Assembly (NCBI GenBank): GCA_947628655.1
Contig: CANRAS010000007.1
Coordinates: 1-64,000 of the forward strand
Direction: 5' to 3'
Length of the DNA stretch: 64,000 nt
From: an uncultured Clostridia bacterium
GTDB taxonomy: Bacteria; Bacillota; Clostridia; Oscillospirales; Ruminococcaceae
Under the pieces are notes generated by a model. The model had not been told where the DNA came from. It did not search any database and was given only the letters and a program-made list of their open reading frames with translations. A program made the position numbers and the translations under genes. The number at the start of each line of letters is the position of its first letter. Positions within the stretch are counted from its first letter, which is position 1. Positions 1-9,472 of the stretch are shown one piece after another.

Positions 1-99
1 TATTCTTTTGGTGCAAAGTCCAGTTGCTTGTTCGCATTGTTATGCGGGTTTTTAAGTATTTTTACATTTTACCGCCGCAGGCGGGGAGAACGCGTGTTG

Positions 100-205
100 T
101 TTAATTGCCCTACGGCGGGGCGCATTAACTCGCAGACAATCTAATCCGCGCCCGCAAGGACGCACATTATACTGTGTACTCTTAATTATAAACTGTTACC
201 CCCCC
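100..205. repeat. dispersed intergenic element copy (GC hairpins + cgcAGACAATCTaatccgcgc + ..cacattatactgtgtactcttaattataaactg)
   Basis: Same modules as at 63700-63830, 8845-8945 and 61840-61875; see findings. Confidence 0.6.
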
Positions 206-207
206 AC

Positions 208-236
208 TTGACATTATCAACGTAATAAGTTATAAT
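208..236 (+). promoter_or_regulatory. sigma-A type promoter (TTGACA-17-TATAAT) upstream of the C11 peptidase gene
   Basis: Perfect -35 TTGACA and -10 TATAAT with a 17 nt spacer, about 40 nt upstream of the ATG at 275; an RBS AAGAGG precedes the start. Confidence 0.6.
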
Positions 237-274
237 ATAAATATAAACCACAATTAACAATAAGAGGTCAAATT

Positions 275-2362
275 ATGTTTTGGAAAAAATTATTCGCGGC
301 GGTTTCGGCTGTCGCTCTGGGGTTATCAATGTGCGGGTGCAGGAAAACACCGACGTTCTCCGAACCCGATACAGAACCCGTGCTTACTCCGCTTAAAAGC
401 GTGTCGCGAGGGGCGGACGGCTCTGTTGATATAACAAGGCGCGATTTGGGGGATACCCCTATGGGCGAGGACGGAACGTGGACGGTGTTCGTCTATATCA
501 GCGGCTCTACTCTGGAGGAATGGCAAAGTTCCGCCTCCGCCGATTTAAATGAAATGCTGGAGGCGTCAACGGGCGAGAATATGCGGTTTATCGTGCAAAC
601 GGGCGGTTCGAGAAAGTGGAACAACGACTATGTGAACGCCGACTACATCGAACGCTTTGAAATCTCAAACGGGAAACGCACAAGACTAGCGCAGTTACCG
701 CTCGTTTCGCTTGCGGAGGGCGCGACCGTGCGCAATTTCTTAAAATGGGGCGTTGAAAACTACCCTGCCGCGAGAATGGGCGTTATATTCTGGGGTCACG
801 GAATGGGAACTGTCACAGGCGTTTGCAGGGACAGCCTGTTTAAAGGGGATTTCCTTTCGCTTTCGGAACTTAACAGCGCACTTTCCGAAGTGTCCGGGAT
901 AATGACGGACAAGTTCGAGTTTATCGGCTTTGACGCTTGCTATATGGCGACCGCCGAAACCGCCGACGTGGTGTGTTCCTATGCCGATTATATGATAGCG
1001 TCCGAAGATTTAGAGCCTTCCAGCGGTTGGGATTATACGCTTATAGGCAGTCTGTTCGGGGAAAATCCGAACGCCGATTGGAACACGATAGCCAAGACGT
1101 TCTGCGACGGGTTCATAGAACAGAGTTCGGATTCCAAACGCGCGGAACTTGTCACGCTGTCGGTCGTTGACCTGTCAAAATTCGACGAGGTTTCCAAGGC
1201 AATGGACAAAGTTTCGGGGGAATTATACGCCGCGATTAACACGGAGGACAATTATATCAGGCTCGAACAGGCTTTGTGGAATACGGGGCATTTCGGCGAG
1301 GACAACGCGTTTGAGGGCTACGGCAACATAGCCGACATAGGCGACTTTGCGAGAGCGGCGGGCAGTTTCACAAAAAGCGGGGCTGTTTTGCTTGACGCAA
1401 TGGACAAGGCGGTTATATGCAAGCGCGCAGGGAAATATCACGAGAACGCCGCGGGGCTTACCGTATACTATCCGTTCGAGCCTGCGGGACTTTCCGAACA
1501 GGCGACGTTTTCGCGCCTTTGCGTAAGCCCGAATTACCTCGCGTTTCTTGACAGACGTCTGCGCGCAAAGGCTCTCGCGCCCGATACTTCGGACAGGAGA
1601 GCGAGCATAACGGAGCATTGGCTTGACGATGTGAACAACGGCACGAAAACCCTTGAAGAGTACTACAGTTATTCGGAAAACACCGAGAAGAACGGCGACG
1701 CGTCCGAAGTAAGCGGCGCGGTGAAGTTCTCAGTAGAGCCGAATTTCAAGGACGGCGCGTATTCGCTGACGTTAGAGCCGAACTCTTTGGAGGAAATACG
1801 TCAAGTTGGACTGAACGTCTACTATGCTGAAAAGTTCAACAAATTTCAGTTTTTGGGAACGCGCACTTGCGAAAATGCGGATTTGGCGGCGGGAACGTTT
1901 TCGGACGAGTTCGACGGGAAGTGGTATCTCTTAGCCGACCGTCAGCCGATACAGATAAAGCGTCAAAGCGACGGGAATTTCCTGTCGCAAGTTACATTCG
2001 CGGAAACCGAGGCGGCGGTGATATTTTCGGCTGAAAACAATTCCGCGCGGATAATTTCAATGCAAAAGCCCGACGAGTACAACATTCCGTTCCTGCAATC
2101 GGCAAACGCGGGCGACGTTATCGCGCCGATACGCGAAATTTGCACGATAAAGGGCGACAAATTCAGCGCGGAGAACGGCGCGGAGTATACCTTGCAAAGC
2201 GGCGGTAACATCATCTATGACACGTTAAACGACGGGTATTATATTTGTATGCTTGTGATTGAAGACGTTTGGGGCGGGCGTTACGAAACGGAAATGGAGG
2301 AGTTCGCGATAATCGGAGGAGTTCTGGACTTTACACGAACAATTGACGATATTCGCGAGTAA
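275..2362 (+). CDS. secreted lipoprotein, clostripain-like (C11 family) cysteine peptidase with a C-terminal beta-rich extension
   Basis: Signal peptide plus lipobox (..LSMCGC). Has the His-Gly motif (VIFWGHGMG) and the catalytic Cys motif (IGFDACYMAT) spaced as in the C11 His/Cys dyad. Length 695 aa. Confidence 0.6.
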   Translation: MFWKKLFAAVSAVALGLSMCGCRKTPTFSEPDTEPVLTPLKSVSRGADGSVDITRRDLGDTPMGEDGTWTVFVYISGSTLEEWQSSASADLNEMLEASTGENMRFIVQTGGSRKWNNDYVNADYIERFEISNGKRTRLAQLPLVSLAEGATVRNFLKWGVENYPAARMGVIFWGHGMGTVTGVCRDSLFKGDFLSLSELNSALSEVSGIMTDKFEFIGFDACYMATAETADVVCSYADYMIASEDLEPSSGWDYTLIGSLFGENPNADWNTIAKTFCDGFIEQSSDSKRAELVTLSVVDLSKFDEVSKAMDKVSGELYAAINTEDNYIRLEQALWNTGHFGEDNAFEGYGNIADIGDFARAAGSFTKSGAVLLDAMDKAVICKRAGKYHENAAGLTVYYPFEPAGLSEQATFSRLCVSPNYLAFLDRRLRAKALAPDTSDRRASITEHWLDDVNNGTKTLEEYYSYSENTEKNGDASEVSGAVKFSVEPNFKDGAYSLTLEPNSLEEIRQVGLNVYYAEKFNKFQFLGTRTCENADLAAGTFSDEFDGKWYLLADRQPIQIKRQSDGNFLSQVTFAETEAAVIFSAENNSARIISMQKPDEYNIPFLQSANAGDVIAPIREICTIKGDKFSAENGAEYTLQSGGNIIYDTLNDGYYICMLVIEDVWGGRYETEMEEFAIIGGVLDFTRTIDDIRE

Positions 2363-2374
2363 ATTTTAACAGCA

Positions 2375-2404
2375 GAAGTGCGCGGGCGTTCGCCCGCGCA
2401 CTTC
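2375..2404. terminator. bidirectional GC-rich hairpin terminator between the convergent peptidase and fruK genes
   Basis: Hairpin gaagtgcgcgggcg-ttc-gcccgcgcacttc with a 14 bp stem sits exactly between two convergent stop codons. Confidence 0.55.
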
Positions 2405-2418
2405 TTACTTCTCACCTC

Positions 2419-3330
2419 TCACCTATCACACAACTTTCCCAACTCCAAAAGTATCTCCTCTCTGCTAGCAATCTCCTCGCTAAACGCTGTTGCTCCTCCC
2501 GCCGCGGTGGCTAGTTTTAAGGCGTACTCGTAATCGCCGTCCGAACTTCCCGCGATAAATCCCGCGACCATCGAGTCACCCGCGCCTACCGTGTTTTTCA
2601 CTTGTCCTTTGCACGCGCCGCGCTTGTGAACTTCGCCGTGTTCGTCAACGAGTACCGCGCCGTCGCCGCCCAGCGACACAAGCACGTTCACCGCTCCCAT
2701 TTCGCGCAGGCGTTTTGCACGCGCGATTATTTCCGCGTCGGTGGAAATTTCTTCGCCGAACAGTCTTTCAAGTTCTGATTTGTTCGGCTTTATAAGGAAC
2801 GGTTTGTATTTCAGAGTATTTAACAGCAAATCCTTTTCGGCGTCAACGACAATCTTAATACGCTTGTCTTGCAGGCGTTCGAGTATCTTAGCGTAAATAT
2901 CGCGCGGCAGAGTATCGGGAACGCTCCCCGCAAGCACTAGAAAATCGCCGTCCGTCAGCCCGTCAAGTTTCCGATACAGCTTTTCGAGCGCGTTTTGCGG
3001 TATTTCCGCGCCGCGCGCGTTAATTTCGGTTACGCCGCCGCTTTGCTTTAACTTCACGTTTATGCGCGAACAGCCGTTTTCAACGTGGATAAAATCCGCA
3101 TTTACGCCTAAATCGCGGGCTATCCGCTCAATTTCCAAGCCGACAAATCCCGCCGTAAAGCCGAGCGCGGCGGTGTTCGCGCCGAGCCTTGCGAGAACGA
3201 TTGAAACGTTTATCCCTTTCCCGCCGATAAATATTTTCTCCGCTTGTGAACGGTTAGTTTCCCCCGCCGTGAACTCGTTTAAGTTCATTACATAATCAAG
3301 CGCGGGATTGAATGTTACCGTGTAAACCAT
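2419..3330 (-). CDS. fruK: 1-phosphofructokinase (PfkB family sugar-phosphate kinase)
   Basis: N-terminus MVYTVTFNPALDYV resembles B. subtilis FruK (MIYTVTLNPS.DY). Has the GGKGINV motif and the C-terminal GAGDSMVAGF PfkB ATP-binding motif. Length 303 aa. Confidence 0.6.
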   Translation of the reverse strand: MVYTVTFNPALDYVMNLNEFTAGETNRSQAEKIFIGGKGINVSIVLARLGANTAALGFTAGFVGLEIERIARDLGVNADFIHVENGCSRINVKLKQSGGVTEINARGAEIPQNALEKLYRKLDGLTDGDFLVLAGSVPDTLPRDIYAKILERLQDKRIKIVVDAEKDLLLNTLKYKPFLIKPNKSELERLFGEEISTDAEIIARAKRLREMGAVNVLVSLGGDGAVLVDEHGEVHKRGACKGQVKNTVGAGDSMVAGFIAGSSDGDYEYALKLATAAGGATAFSEEIASREEILLELGKLCDR

Positions 3331-3375
3331 TTTATGCTCCTTATTTGTTGTTGAATTAAGCGCGGACGAACGCTG

Positions 3376-5436
3376 TCAGCAACTGACAATTTTCTGAATA
3401 TCCTCTCTATAATCCCCGACGAGTTCCCCGCACTCAATAACCACATCGCCCATAGCGGACAGGGAAAGCGTGTTTATTTCCTCGTATACAAGTTCGGCGA
3501 ATATGTGGCGTTCATCGCAGAAACTGCGGACGTTGCCCTCTAGGAGCGCTTTCAGCACCTGTATGTGCGTATCCGTCAGACTGTTCGCAAACTCCCGCCA
3601 TTCGCCCGACAGCCCGCTGAACGCGGGGTTTTCCCGCGCCTGTTCCTGAAACACCTGCGGAGCGGGGTCAAGCGGGGAAAGTTCGCGCTTGCAGTCCTCT
3701 ATCATATTGGAAAAATCGTCGTCGCTTATCTTGTCTGCCACGGCGTGGAAGTTCTCCGTTTGCTCGTCGTCGATTATCAGTTTCCGCGCGGTTTCGTCGG
3801 ATTTTGCGCGTATGTCGGCGAGTTTTGATACGTCAATTTCCACTTTCGGCGCGGTGTAAGCAACAGTTTCGTCAACGCCCGCCGTCCGCTTTGGAGCGCG
3901 CTTTATGCCGTTGGCAAGGCAGTATTCATCGACCGCTTTCGGTATGATTTCCAAAAATTCGGGAGCGGACACCGCGTCGGTTAGTTTCGTGCGGTTTTGA
4001 AAATCATTCAGCGCCATTTTCAGATTTGCGGATATTTTTCGGCTATAGCCCGTTTTTTGGCGCAGTCTTGCCTCTACGCTTTTTAAAAGATAGCCGTTAA
4101 AGCCCTTGCACGGCGCAAAGCTGAACAGTTCAAGCGCGGGTTCGCCGCGTTTTTGGCAGTAAATCTCGCCCGCGCTTATCTTTACGGGGTGAAATCCGTC
4201 GGCGGCGTCAAGGTTAATAACAAGGTGCTGAAACGGTTTCCAGGTGTAGTCTTTTTTCAGCTTGCCGAAGATGATTGACGAAAGTTCAATCCCGCGCTGT
4301 TTGAAGTAAACTTCAAGCCCCATAAGCGCGGCTTTGCACGCGCCCTCCAACATCGGGCGCGTCTTTTCACTGTAAAACGCGCTCGACTTTATCGGATAAA
4401 CGGAATTTTCCGCGAGAAAGTTGAACTCGTCCGAAAAACGCTTAAATTCCGTATCGGGGAACTTTTCAAGTTCCGCGCCGCCGTGTTCGGAAATAACCGC
4501 GTTTATGTCGGGAAATTCGTCCTCTATGTCATTGAACGCGTAGAAATCTTTCAGCCAGCGCGGCATATATTCATCGAGGTACGGCGCGAAATTCCGACAG
4601 CCGTCCCAAGTCGCCAGCAGTTTGCGAAACGCGTCCGCAGAGCCGTCCACGCCGATTTTGTGGATAAGTTCACCGCAGTAGAGCATTACATACGGCTTGT
4701 CCGTTTCGCGGAACACTTCGCGCCGAACATCGGTGCGCCATGTGAAATATGTGCGCAGCTGCGAACGCGATAAACTCGCGTAAGTGACCTGTCCTACCCC
4801 GCAGAACGCCCTGCGCGGGAAATCGTCCTCAACATTAGCCATAAACTCGCCCTGTTCGTATTGCGTTATTTCAAACGCGCGTTTATAAACGCCGTTTTCG
4901 CGGACGCACATTTCAAGTTCCCGCATTTTGCGGATTTTATTCACCATATATTCGTCCTGTTCGGACAAATGTTCGGGAAGTGATTCGGGCGGAAAACCCG
5001 TTCTCTGCATTTCGGACGCGCGGATATATTCGCGCGTAGTATATTTGCTGTCAGGAATTTTCTCCGATTTGTAATCTTCCGCAATCACACGAACGCCCCA
5101 TTGTTCGTGACGGCTCGCGTCCTCAACGAACCGCGCCATTTCGTCAAGCTCTGCGGACACCTTTTTCGCGCTGACTTTTTCCGCAGACGCTGTTTCAGAA
5201 GGCTTGCGGTCGGGGATTTTTTCGGCTTTGTACGAAACTTCGGCGGATTTTTTTCTCGCGTCGCGAACGCTTTGTTTAACCGATTTGCGGACGTCGTCGG
5301 GTACAAACTGCGTCATATCGTCAATCACGGTATCGACGATATTATCGACCGCGTTTCCGACCATATCGTTTATGGCTTTTTTTATCTCCTCAATGGATTT
5401 CCCTGTTGTTTTGATAAACTTTTTAAATTCTCCCAT
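3376..5436 (-). CDS. large uncharacterised protein (686 aa), charged/coiled N-terminus; tentatively a TerB-N/TerB-C-like architecture; defence-associated by context
   Basis: Long clean ORF with normal codon usage and no recognisable catalytic motif. The C-terminal segment (..VLKALLEGN..EEINTLSLSAMGDVVIE..) is reminiscent of TerB-C. It lies immediately downstream of, and co-oriented with, the Abi_2 gene. Confidence 0.45.
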   Translation of the reverse strand: MGEFKKFIKTTGKSIEEIKKAINDMVGNAVDNIVDTVIDDMTQFVPDDVRKSVKQSVRDARKKSAEVSYKAEKIPDRKPSETASAEKVSAKKVSAELDEMARFVEDASRHEQWGVRVIAEDYKSEKIPDSKYTTREYIRASEMQRTGFPPESLPEHLSEQDEYMVNKIRKMRELEMCVRENGVYKRAFEITQYEQGEFMANVEDDFPRRAFCGVGQVTYASLSRSQLRTYFTWRTDVRREVFRETDKPYVMLYCGELIHKIGVDGSADAFRKLLATWDGCRNFAPYLDEYMPRWLKDFYAFNDIEDEFPDINAVISEHGGAELEKFPDTEFKRFSDEFNFLAENSVYPIKSSAFYSEKTRPMLEGACKAALMGLEVYFKQRGIELSSIIFGKLKKDYTWKPFQHLVINLDAADGFHPVKISAGEIYCQKRGEPALELFSFAPCKGFNGYLLKSVEARLRQKTGYSRKISANLKMALNDFQNRTKLTDAVSAPEFLEIIPKAVDEYCLANGIKRAPKRTAGVDETVAYTAPKVEIDVSKLADIRAKSDETARKLIIDDEQTENFHAVADKISDDDFSNMIEDCKRELSPLDPAPQVFQEQARENPAFSGLSGEWREFANSLTDTHIQVLKALLEGNVRSFCDERHIFAELVYEEINTLSLSAMGDVVIECGELVGDYREDIQKIVSC

Positions 5437-5527
5437 ATGCGCTCCATTAATTTTCTGTTTTAAGTAAAACAGTAAAGCGATTTCCGTCAGCGCGGTAAAG
5501 AGTGCGCGTTCACGTTACTTCCCCGAT

Positions 5528-5557
5528 TTCTCCTCAACAAACGCGATTTTGGTTTCC
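5528..5557. repeat. 30 bp exact duplicate of the 3' end of the Abi_2 gene (remnant of an Abi C-terminus, ..ETKIAFVEEK)
   Basis: ttctcctcaacaaacgcgattttggtttcc occurs at about 5528-5557 and again at about 5634-5663, inside the Abi_2 coding 3' end. The downstream copy keeps the reading frame for ETKIAFVEEK and then diverges. Confidence 0.7.
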
Positions 5558-5623
5558 AATCTGCGGGAACTTTAACCGATAATCCGCGCGAACGCTCTCC
5601 CGCGCAGAATGTCCGTGTCGTTA

Positions 5624-6502
5624 CTATTCTTTCTTCTCCTCAACAAACGCGATTTTGGTTTCCCAACCGTCGGGGAAACCCAAATCAGACAGCCGCGCTG
5701 CGTCGGAATTTTTCCGCAAAAGCCTTGAAAGCGGTTTTACAACGCGCTCGTTCCAATTCGCTTTGTCAAGATAAAGCTGTTTTAAAACGATTATGTAGCC
5801 GAACGGGTCGTTTTTGAGTTCGGGTTCAAACCCGCGCGGCGTTCTCGGCATAACGGGGAACGTGTTGCCGTAAATGCGGTTATAGTGCGCGCAGAAGTTG
5901 CGAAGTTCATTCAGACAGAAAATCCAGTTGTCCATTTCGGACGGCGAACAGCCGTAAAAATCGTTCGCTAAGACTTTTTTGTCAACATTGTGCATTTCCT
6001 TATAGAAGAACGCAAGCGAGCCGAAACTGAACAGTTCCATAACCACCCATAGCGGGAATTTGCCGTCGTGCTGTCGGTTATAGTGCTTGACGAACTGCCT
6101 GTCGCTGTTCGCCTCGATCATATGGTCAAGCCGCGCGAGAAAGGTTTGGTGATTGTGCGAACGGTCGAACGACGACGGGTTAAGATAACCCATTGCGCCG
6201 TATTTCAGCGCGTGATAGTTTGAAACCGCCGCGCGCAGAGTTATCTCCACTTCCTCCAATGCCGCCAGCAGAATACTCCGCAGTTTGCGGTCCATTTCGT
6301 ATATCCGCAGTATCTTTTCAAACGTCGTTCCTTCTTCGTATTGGTGCTTGCTTATCGAAAAAGGCTCGAAGTAATTCGACAGCCGATAATAGTTGATATG
6401 TTTCAGAGTATCGCGGGCTAACTGCTCGTTCTCAATAATACACCCGCGCTGACGTAATTTTTTAATTTGCTCGTTAGGTGTAGAGGGTATTTTTTCGCTC
6501 AT
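5624..6502 (-). CDS. abortive-infection protein, Abi_2 family (AbiD/AbiF-like, HEPN superfamily)
   Basis: N-terminus ..QIKKLRQRGCIIENEQLARDTLKHINYYRLSNYF matches the Abi_2 family signature. An Rx4H HEPN motif is present in ..ELRNFCAHYNRI... Length 292 aa. Confidence 0.75.
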   Translation of the reverse strand: MSEKIPSTPNEQIKKLRQRGCIIENEQLARDTLKHINYYRLSNYFEPFSISKHQYEEGTTFEKILRIYEMDRKLRSILLAALEEVEITLRAAVSNYHALKYGAMGYLNPSSFDRSHNHQTFLARLDHMIEANSDRQFVKHYNRQHDGKFPLWVVMELFSFGSLAFFYKEMHNVDKKVLANDFYGCSPSEMDNWIFCLNELRNFCAHYNRIYGNTFPVMPRTPRGFEPELKNDPFGYIIVLKQLYLDKANWNERVVKPLSRLLRKNSDAARLSDLGFPDGWETKIAFVEEKKE

Positions 6503-6568
6503 AGAATTTGTTCCGCCTTTTATTAATTGCGTTAATTTAACGCATAATTCTTTCGGTAAAATTTGACG

Positions 6569-6900
6569 TTGACTGTTATCTCGCGTTTTATTCTTGCCGT
6601 TCCGCGGGGGCAGAACTCCTCAAAATGCCCTGTCAAATCAAAAGTTGCCTGTTATAGGTAAGAGGTCGGGCAATCCGCAACGCGAATTACTCAATTGCCC
6701 TATTGTTCCCAAACGGCGAACTTCGCCTGCTGTTCGGTAAGAGTAACACGGGATTATTGACCGCATTGGCTTGGAAATGCTTTTCCTGTCCGTTCGCCCC
6801 GCAGGGGCGAACGGACGAAACTCCTCAAAACGTTCTGTAAAATCAAGAGTTGACTGTTATCTCGTGTTTTATTCCTGCCGTCCCGCGGGGACGGCAGGAA
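6569..6900. repeat. two copies of an ~85 bp hairpin-containing direct repeat in the intergenic region upstream of Abi_2 and downstream of the AI-2E transporter gene
   Basis: Unit ..aactcctcaaaa(t/c)g..ctgt.aaatcaa.agttgactgttatctcg.gttttattc.tgccgt.ccgcgggg.. occurs at about 6569-6655 and again at about 6819-6900. The second copy carries an 11 bp stem hairpin, cctgccgtccc-gcg-gggacggcagg. Confidence 0.7.
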
Positions 6901-6914
6901 TAATTGTTTAAAAT

Positions 6915-8384
6915 TTATTTATCTTTCTTCCGCTTTCGCCTGGAACGCCCATTTTCGCTTATCGGTTCGGGCAGTTCGTTCGGGTCGGGAGCGCCGGGCT
7001 TTGGAACTTCGTGCTTTGTCGCGTCCTCAAACGAAATCGGCAGTTTTCCCGGTTCGGCGGCGTATTGCAGGTATACCTCCGAAAGCGTTTCGGCGTCCGC
7101 CTCGTAACTGTCCGTTTCGCCCGGCAAGTTCTTCTTGACGAGCCTGTTTTTGATAAACTCCGCAAACAGCATATAGAATACCGCGAATACAGGCGCGCCG
7201 AGCAACATTCCGGGTATGTTGAACATCGCGCCGCCCACTATGATTGACACAAGAACCCAAATCGCAGGCAATCCCATTGTTTCGCCGAACAGCAGGGGTT
7301 TTATTACATTTCCGTCAAGCTGTTGAATTACAAGAACAAAAATCGCGAACCAAATGACTTTAGCGGGGTCAACGAGCAGGATAAGGATACCGCACGGTAT
7401 TGCTCCCAAAAACGGACCGAAAAACGGCACGAGGTTCGTCACCGCGCACACCACGGAAATCAACATCTGATACGGCATTCTCATAGCGAACATTCCGATT
7501 ATCATAAAAACCAGAATGATAAGCGAGTCCAAAATGTTTGATATGATATATTTCTTAAAGATATTGTTGCTTTTCGCACAGCCTCCAAGGAAATTTTCGG
7601 CGTGAGCGGGTTTTAATAATGCACACGAGATTTTCTTTAACTGCGCCATCAGCCGTTCCTTGCTGAACAGCAGATAGATAGCGATGAAAAGACCGAGCAG
7701 GAAGTTCTTTATACCCGAAAGCAAACTACCCAAAAATCCCGAAACGTTGCCGATTATATCGCCCGCGTGAGGTCGTATCTGTTCCGCGATATTTGAAATA
7801 ATATCTTTAAGGCTCGTTACTCCCTCGAAAATCATATTCATAATTTCGGGCTGTTTTTCAAACGCGTTGTTTGTCCACTCCTCGATTTTATACACATATA
7901 CATCAATATTGTCGGCAAGCGAAATGATACTTGTCGCAACGCTCGGCACAATAGCTATGACAATTCCCGCGATTATTGCAAAGAAGATAACGAACGTCAG
8001 CAGAATAGACACGGCGCGGGAGATTATTTTTCGTCTGCGGACTTTTTTCGCAACAGTCGCAGAATGTTTTTCGAGCGTTTTCACAACAGCTTTATCGCCG
8101 ACAGAGGACTGCTGAAGTTTTCTTACGACAATATTCTGTTCTTTTGGACGCGTTTGCTTGAAATTTCTGAACAGCTTGTTTTCAATCCACGTCATCAGCG
8201 GGTTCAAAACATAAGCTATTGCGATACCGCAGATAATCGGCGCGGCAATTCGCCCGACCCACGAAAACGTTTCCAGAAAGCCGTCGAATTTGAATACAAA
8301 TACTATAAAAAGCACGGAAACCGCGATTACCAAAAGCGAATATACAGCAACTGTTGAATATTTTCTGTTCCAATTTATTTTCAT
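6915..8384 (-). CDS. AI-2E family transporter (UPF0118/YtvI-like permease) with a long charged C-terminal tail
   Basis: Multi-TM protein with a conserved C-terminal core (..GLPAIWVLVSIIVGGAMFNIPGMLLGAPVF..). The start is probably the internal Met (MKINWNRK); the ORF remains open upstream to 8459. Confidence 0.6.
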   Translation of the reverse strand: MKINWNRKYSTVAVYSLLVIAVSVLFIVFVFKFDGFLETFSWVGRIAAPIICGIAIAYVLNPLMTWIENKLFRNFKQTRPKEQNIVVRKLQQSSVGDKAVVKTLEKHSATVAKKVRRRKIISRAVSILLTFVIFFAIIAGIVIAIVPSVATSIISLADNIDVYVYKIEEWTNNAFEKQPEIMNMIFEGVTSLKDIISNIAEQIRPHAGDIIGNVSGFLGSLLSGIKNFLLGLFIAIYLLFSKERLMAQLKKISCALLKPAHAENFLGGCAKSNNIFKKYIISNILDSLIILVFMIIGMFAMRMPYQMLISVVCAVTNLVPFFGPFLGAIPCGILILLVDPAKVIWFAIFVLVIQQLDGNVIKPLLFGETMGLPAIWVLVSIIVGGAMFNIPGMLLGAPVFAVFYMLFAEFIKNRLVKKNLPGETDSYEADAETLSEVYLQYAAEPGKLPISFEDATKHEVPKPGAPDPNELPEPISENGRSRRKRKKDK

Positions 8385-8509
8385 AACAACACCCTTTCCG
8401 ACCCGCAGACAAACCCGCCCGCGCGTATTGTTTTCCGCTTTTAGATTATTATACCACATATTTCTTCGGTTGTCAATAATTGCACGGGACTAAAAGGCGG
8501 TGCTTTCGC

Positions 8510-8945
8510 AGTTTATAGTTAAGAGTGCACGCATTATCCGCTTCGCGGAAAACGCTGTGCATAGTATTAGGTGTCCGCCTACGGCGGACGGAAAGATTGT
8601 CTTTAAGTCAATACGCGCCTGCACTAGTGCATCTAGCCCGCGTTTTGCGCGGAGCGCAAAACAACGGCGCGTAAGCGCCGTTAATTCGCCGTCAGGCGAA
8701 TTGCGGGCGGTCGGGCAACGGCGCGTACACGGGCGGTGCAGGCGCGTTAATACGCAGGACGTTAAACTAACGCTTGATAAGGGAAAGGGGCGCTTGAATT
8801 GAGCCACGCCCCATACGCGCGATAATGCGAACAACGCTTTGACCCGCAGACAATCTAATAAGCGCCCGCTAGGGCGCAACTCTGTGCATACTATGCACAG
8901 CGTTTTCCGCGAAGCGGATAATGCGTGCACTCTTAACTGTAAACT
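8510..8945. repeat. pair of ~100 bp inverted repeats flanking ~235 bp (MITE-like, or head-to-head copies of the dispersed element)
   Basis: Left arm at about 8510-8610, gtttatagttaagagtgcacgcattatccgcttcgcggaaaacgctgtgcatagtat + hairpin gtccgcc-tac-ggcggac + ggaaagattgtcttt. Right arm at about 8845-8945 is its reverse complement, agacaatctaat + hairpin gcgccc-gcta-gggcgc + ..ctgtgcatactatgcacagcgttttccgcgaagcggataatgcgtgcactcttaactgtaaac. Confidence 0.65.
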
Positions 8946-9472
8946 GTTATTGAGCCACGCCAAACGCGCATTTAAAGCAGTAAGGCTATTTAGGACGGCG
9001 GGCGCGGGGTGGCTTTGGGTCACAGCGTTGCTCGTCGCGGTGGGCGTTTTCTCGCGCCCCTACTTCGCCCCGCAAGGGGCGAAGTCTGGGGCACTCGAAA
9101 ACGCGACGGTTTGCCGTCTGAAATTCGCTGTCGCGAATTTCCCCGCCTGTCGGCGGGCGTTTGGCTACGCCAAACAACGGCAAACCGTGAAGAGCCTGCT
9201 AAACCACTCTGGGTGGACACGGTGAGCGGACTGCCGCCGGCAGTCCGCTCACAATAACGTTGCATTAAACCAACCGTTCCGCGCACTTCGTGCGCTCCAC
9301 TAGGCGCAAGGGGAAAGCCCGCTATCCTTCTAGTAGCTAGAGATTAGAAGCTAGTTGCTAGAGTGTGGATTAGCACTTAAACCTTATCTTCTCTTACTTC
9401 TTACCTCTAACCTCTTACCTCTATAAGTACTAACTACTAACAACTATTCTCTAAATATTCTCTAAAAACTAC

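Noticed and set aside
3565-5467. Numerous 60-130 aa antisense or out-of-frame ORFs inside long genes across the window, e.g. within 3376-5436, 21079-26501 and 32528-34966
   Set aside because: They are embedded in longer ORFs that carry recognisable domain motifs. High GC content makes random open frames common, and there is no independent RBS or promoter support.
6569-6900. Possible CRISPR array (repeat-spacer-repeat)
   Set aside because: Only two copies. The units are ~85 bp with internal sub-structure, not 28-37 bp. No cas genes are nearby, and the spacer is built from dispersed-family hairpins.
8490-9290. Several 65-177 aa ORFs in the 8.5-9.3 kb block
   Set aside because: They overlap one another on both strands, lie entirely within inverted-repeat and hairpin sequence, lack an RBS, and have Arg/Ala/Pro-rich GC-artefact composition.
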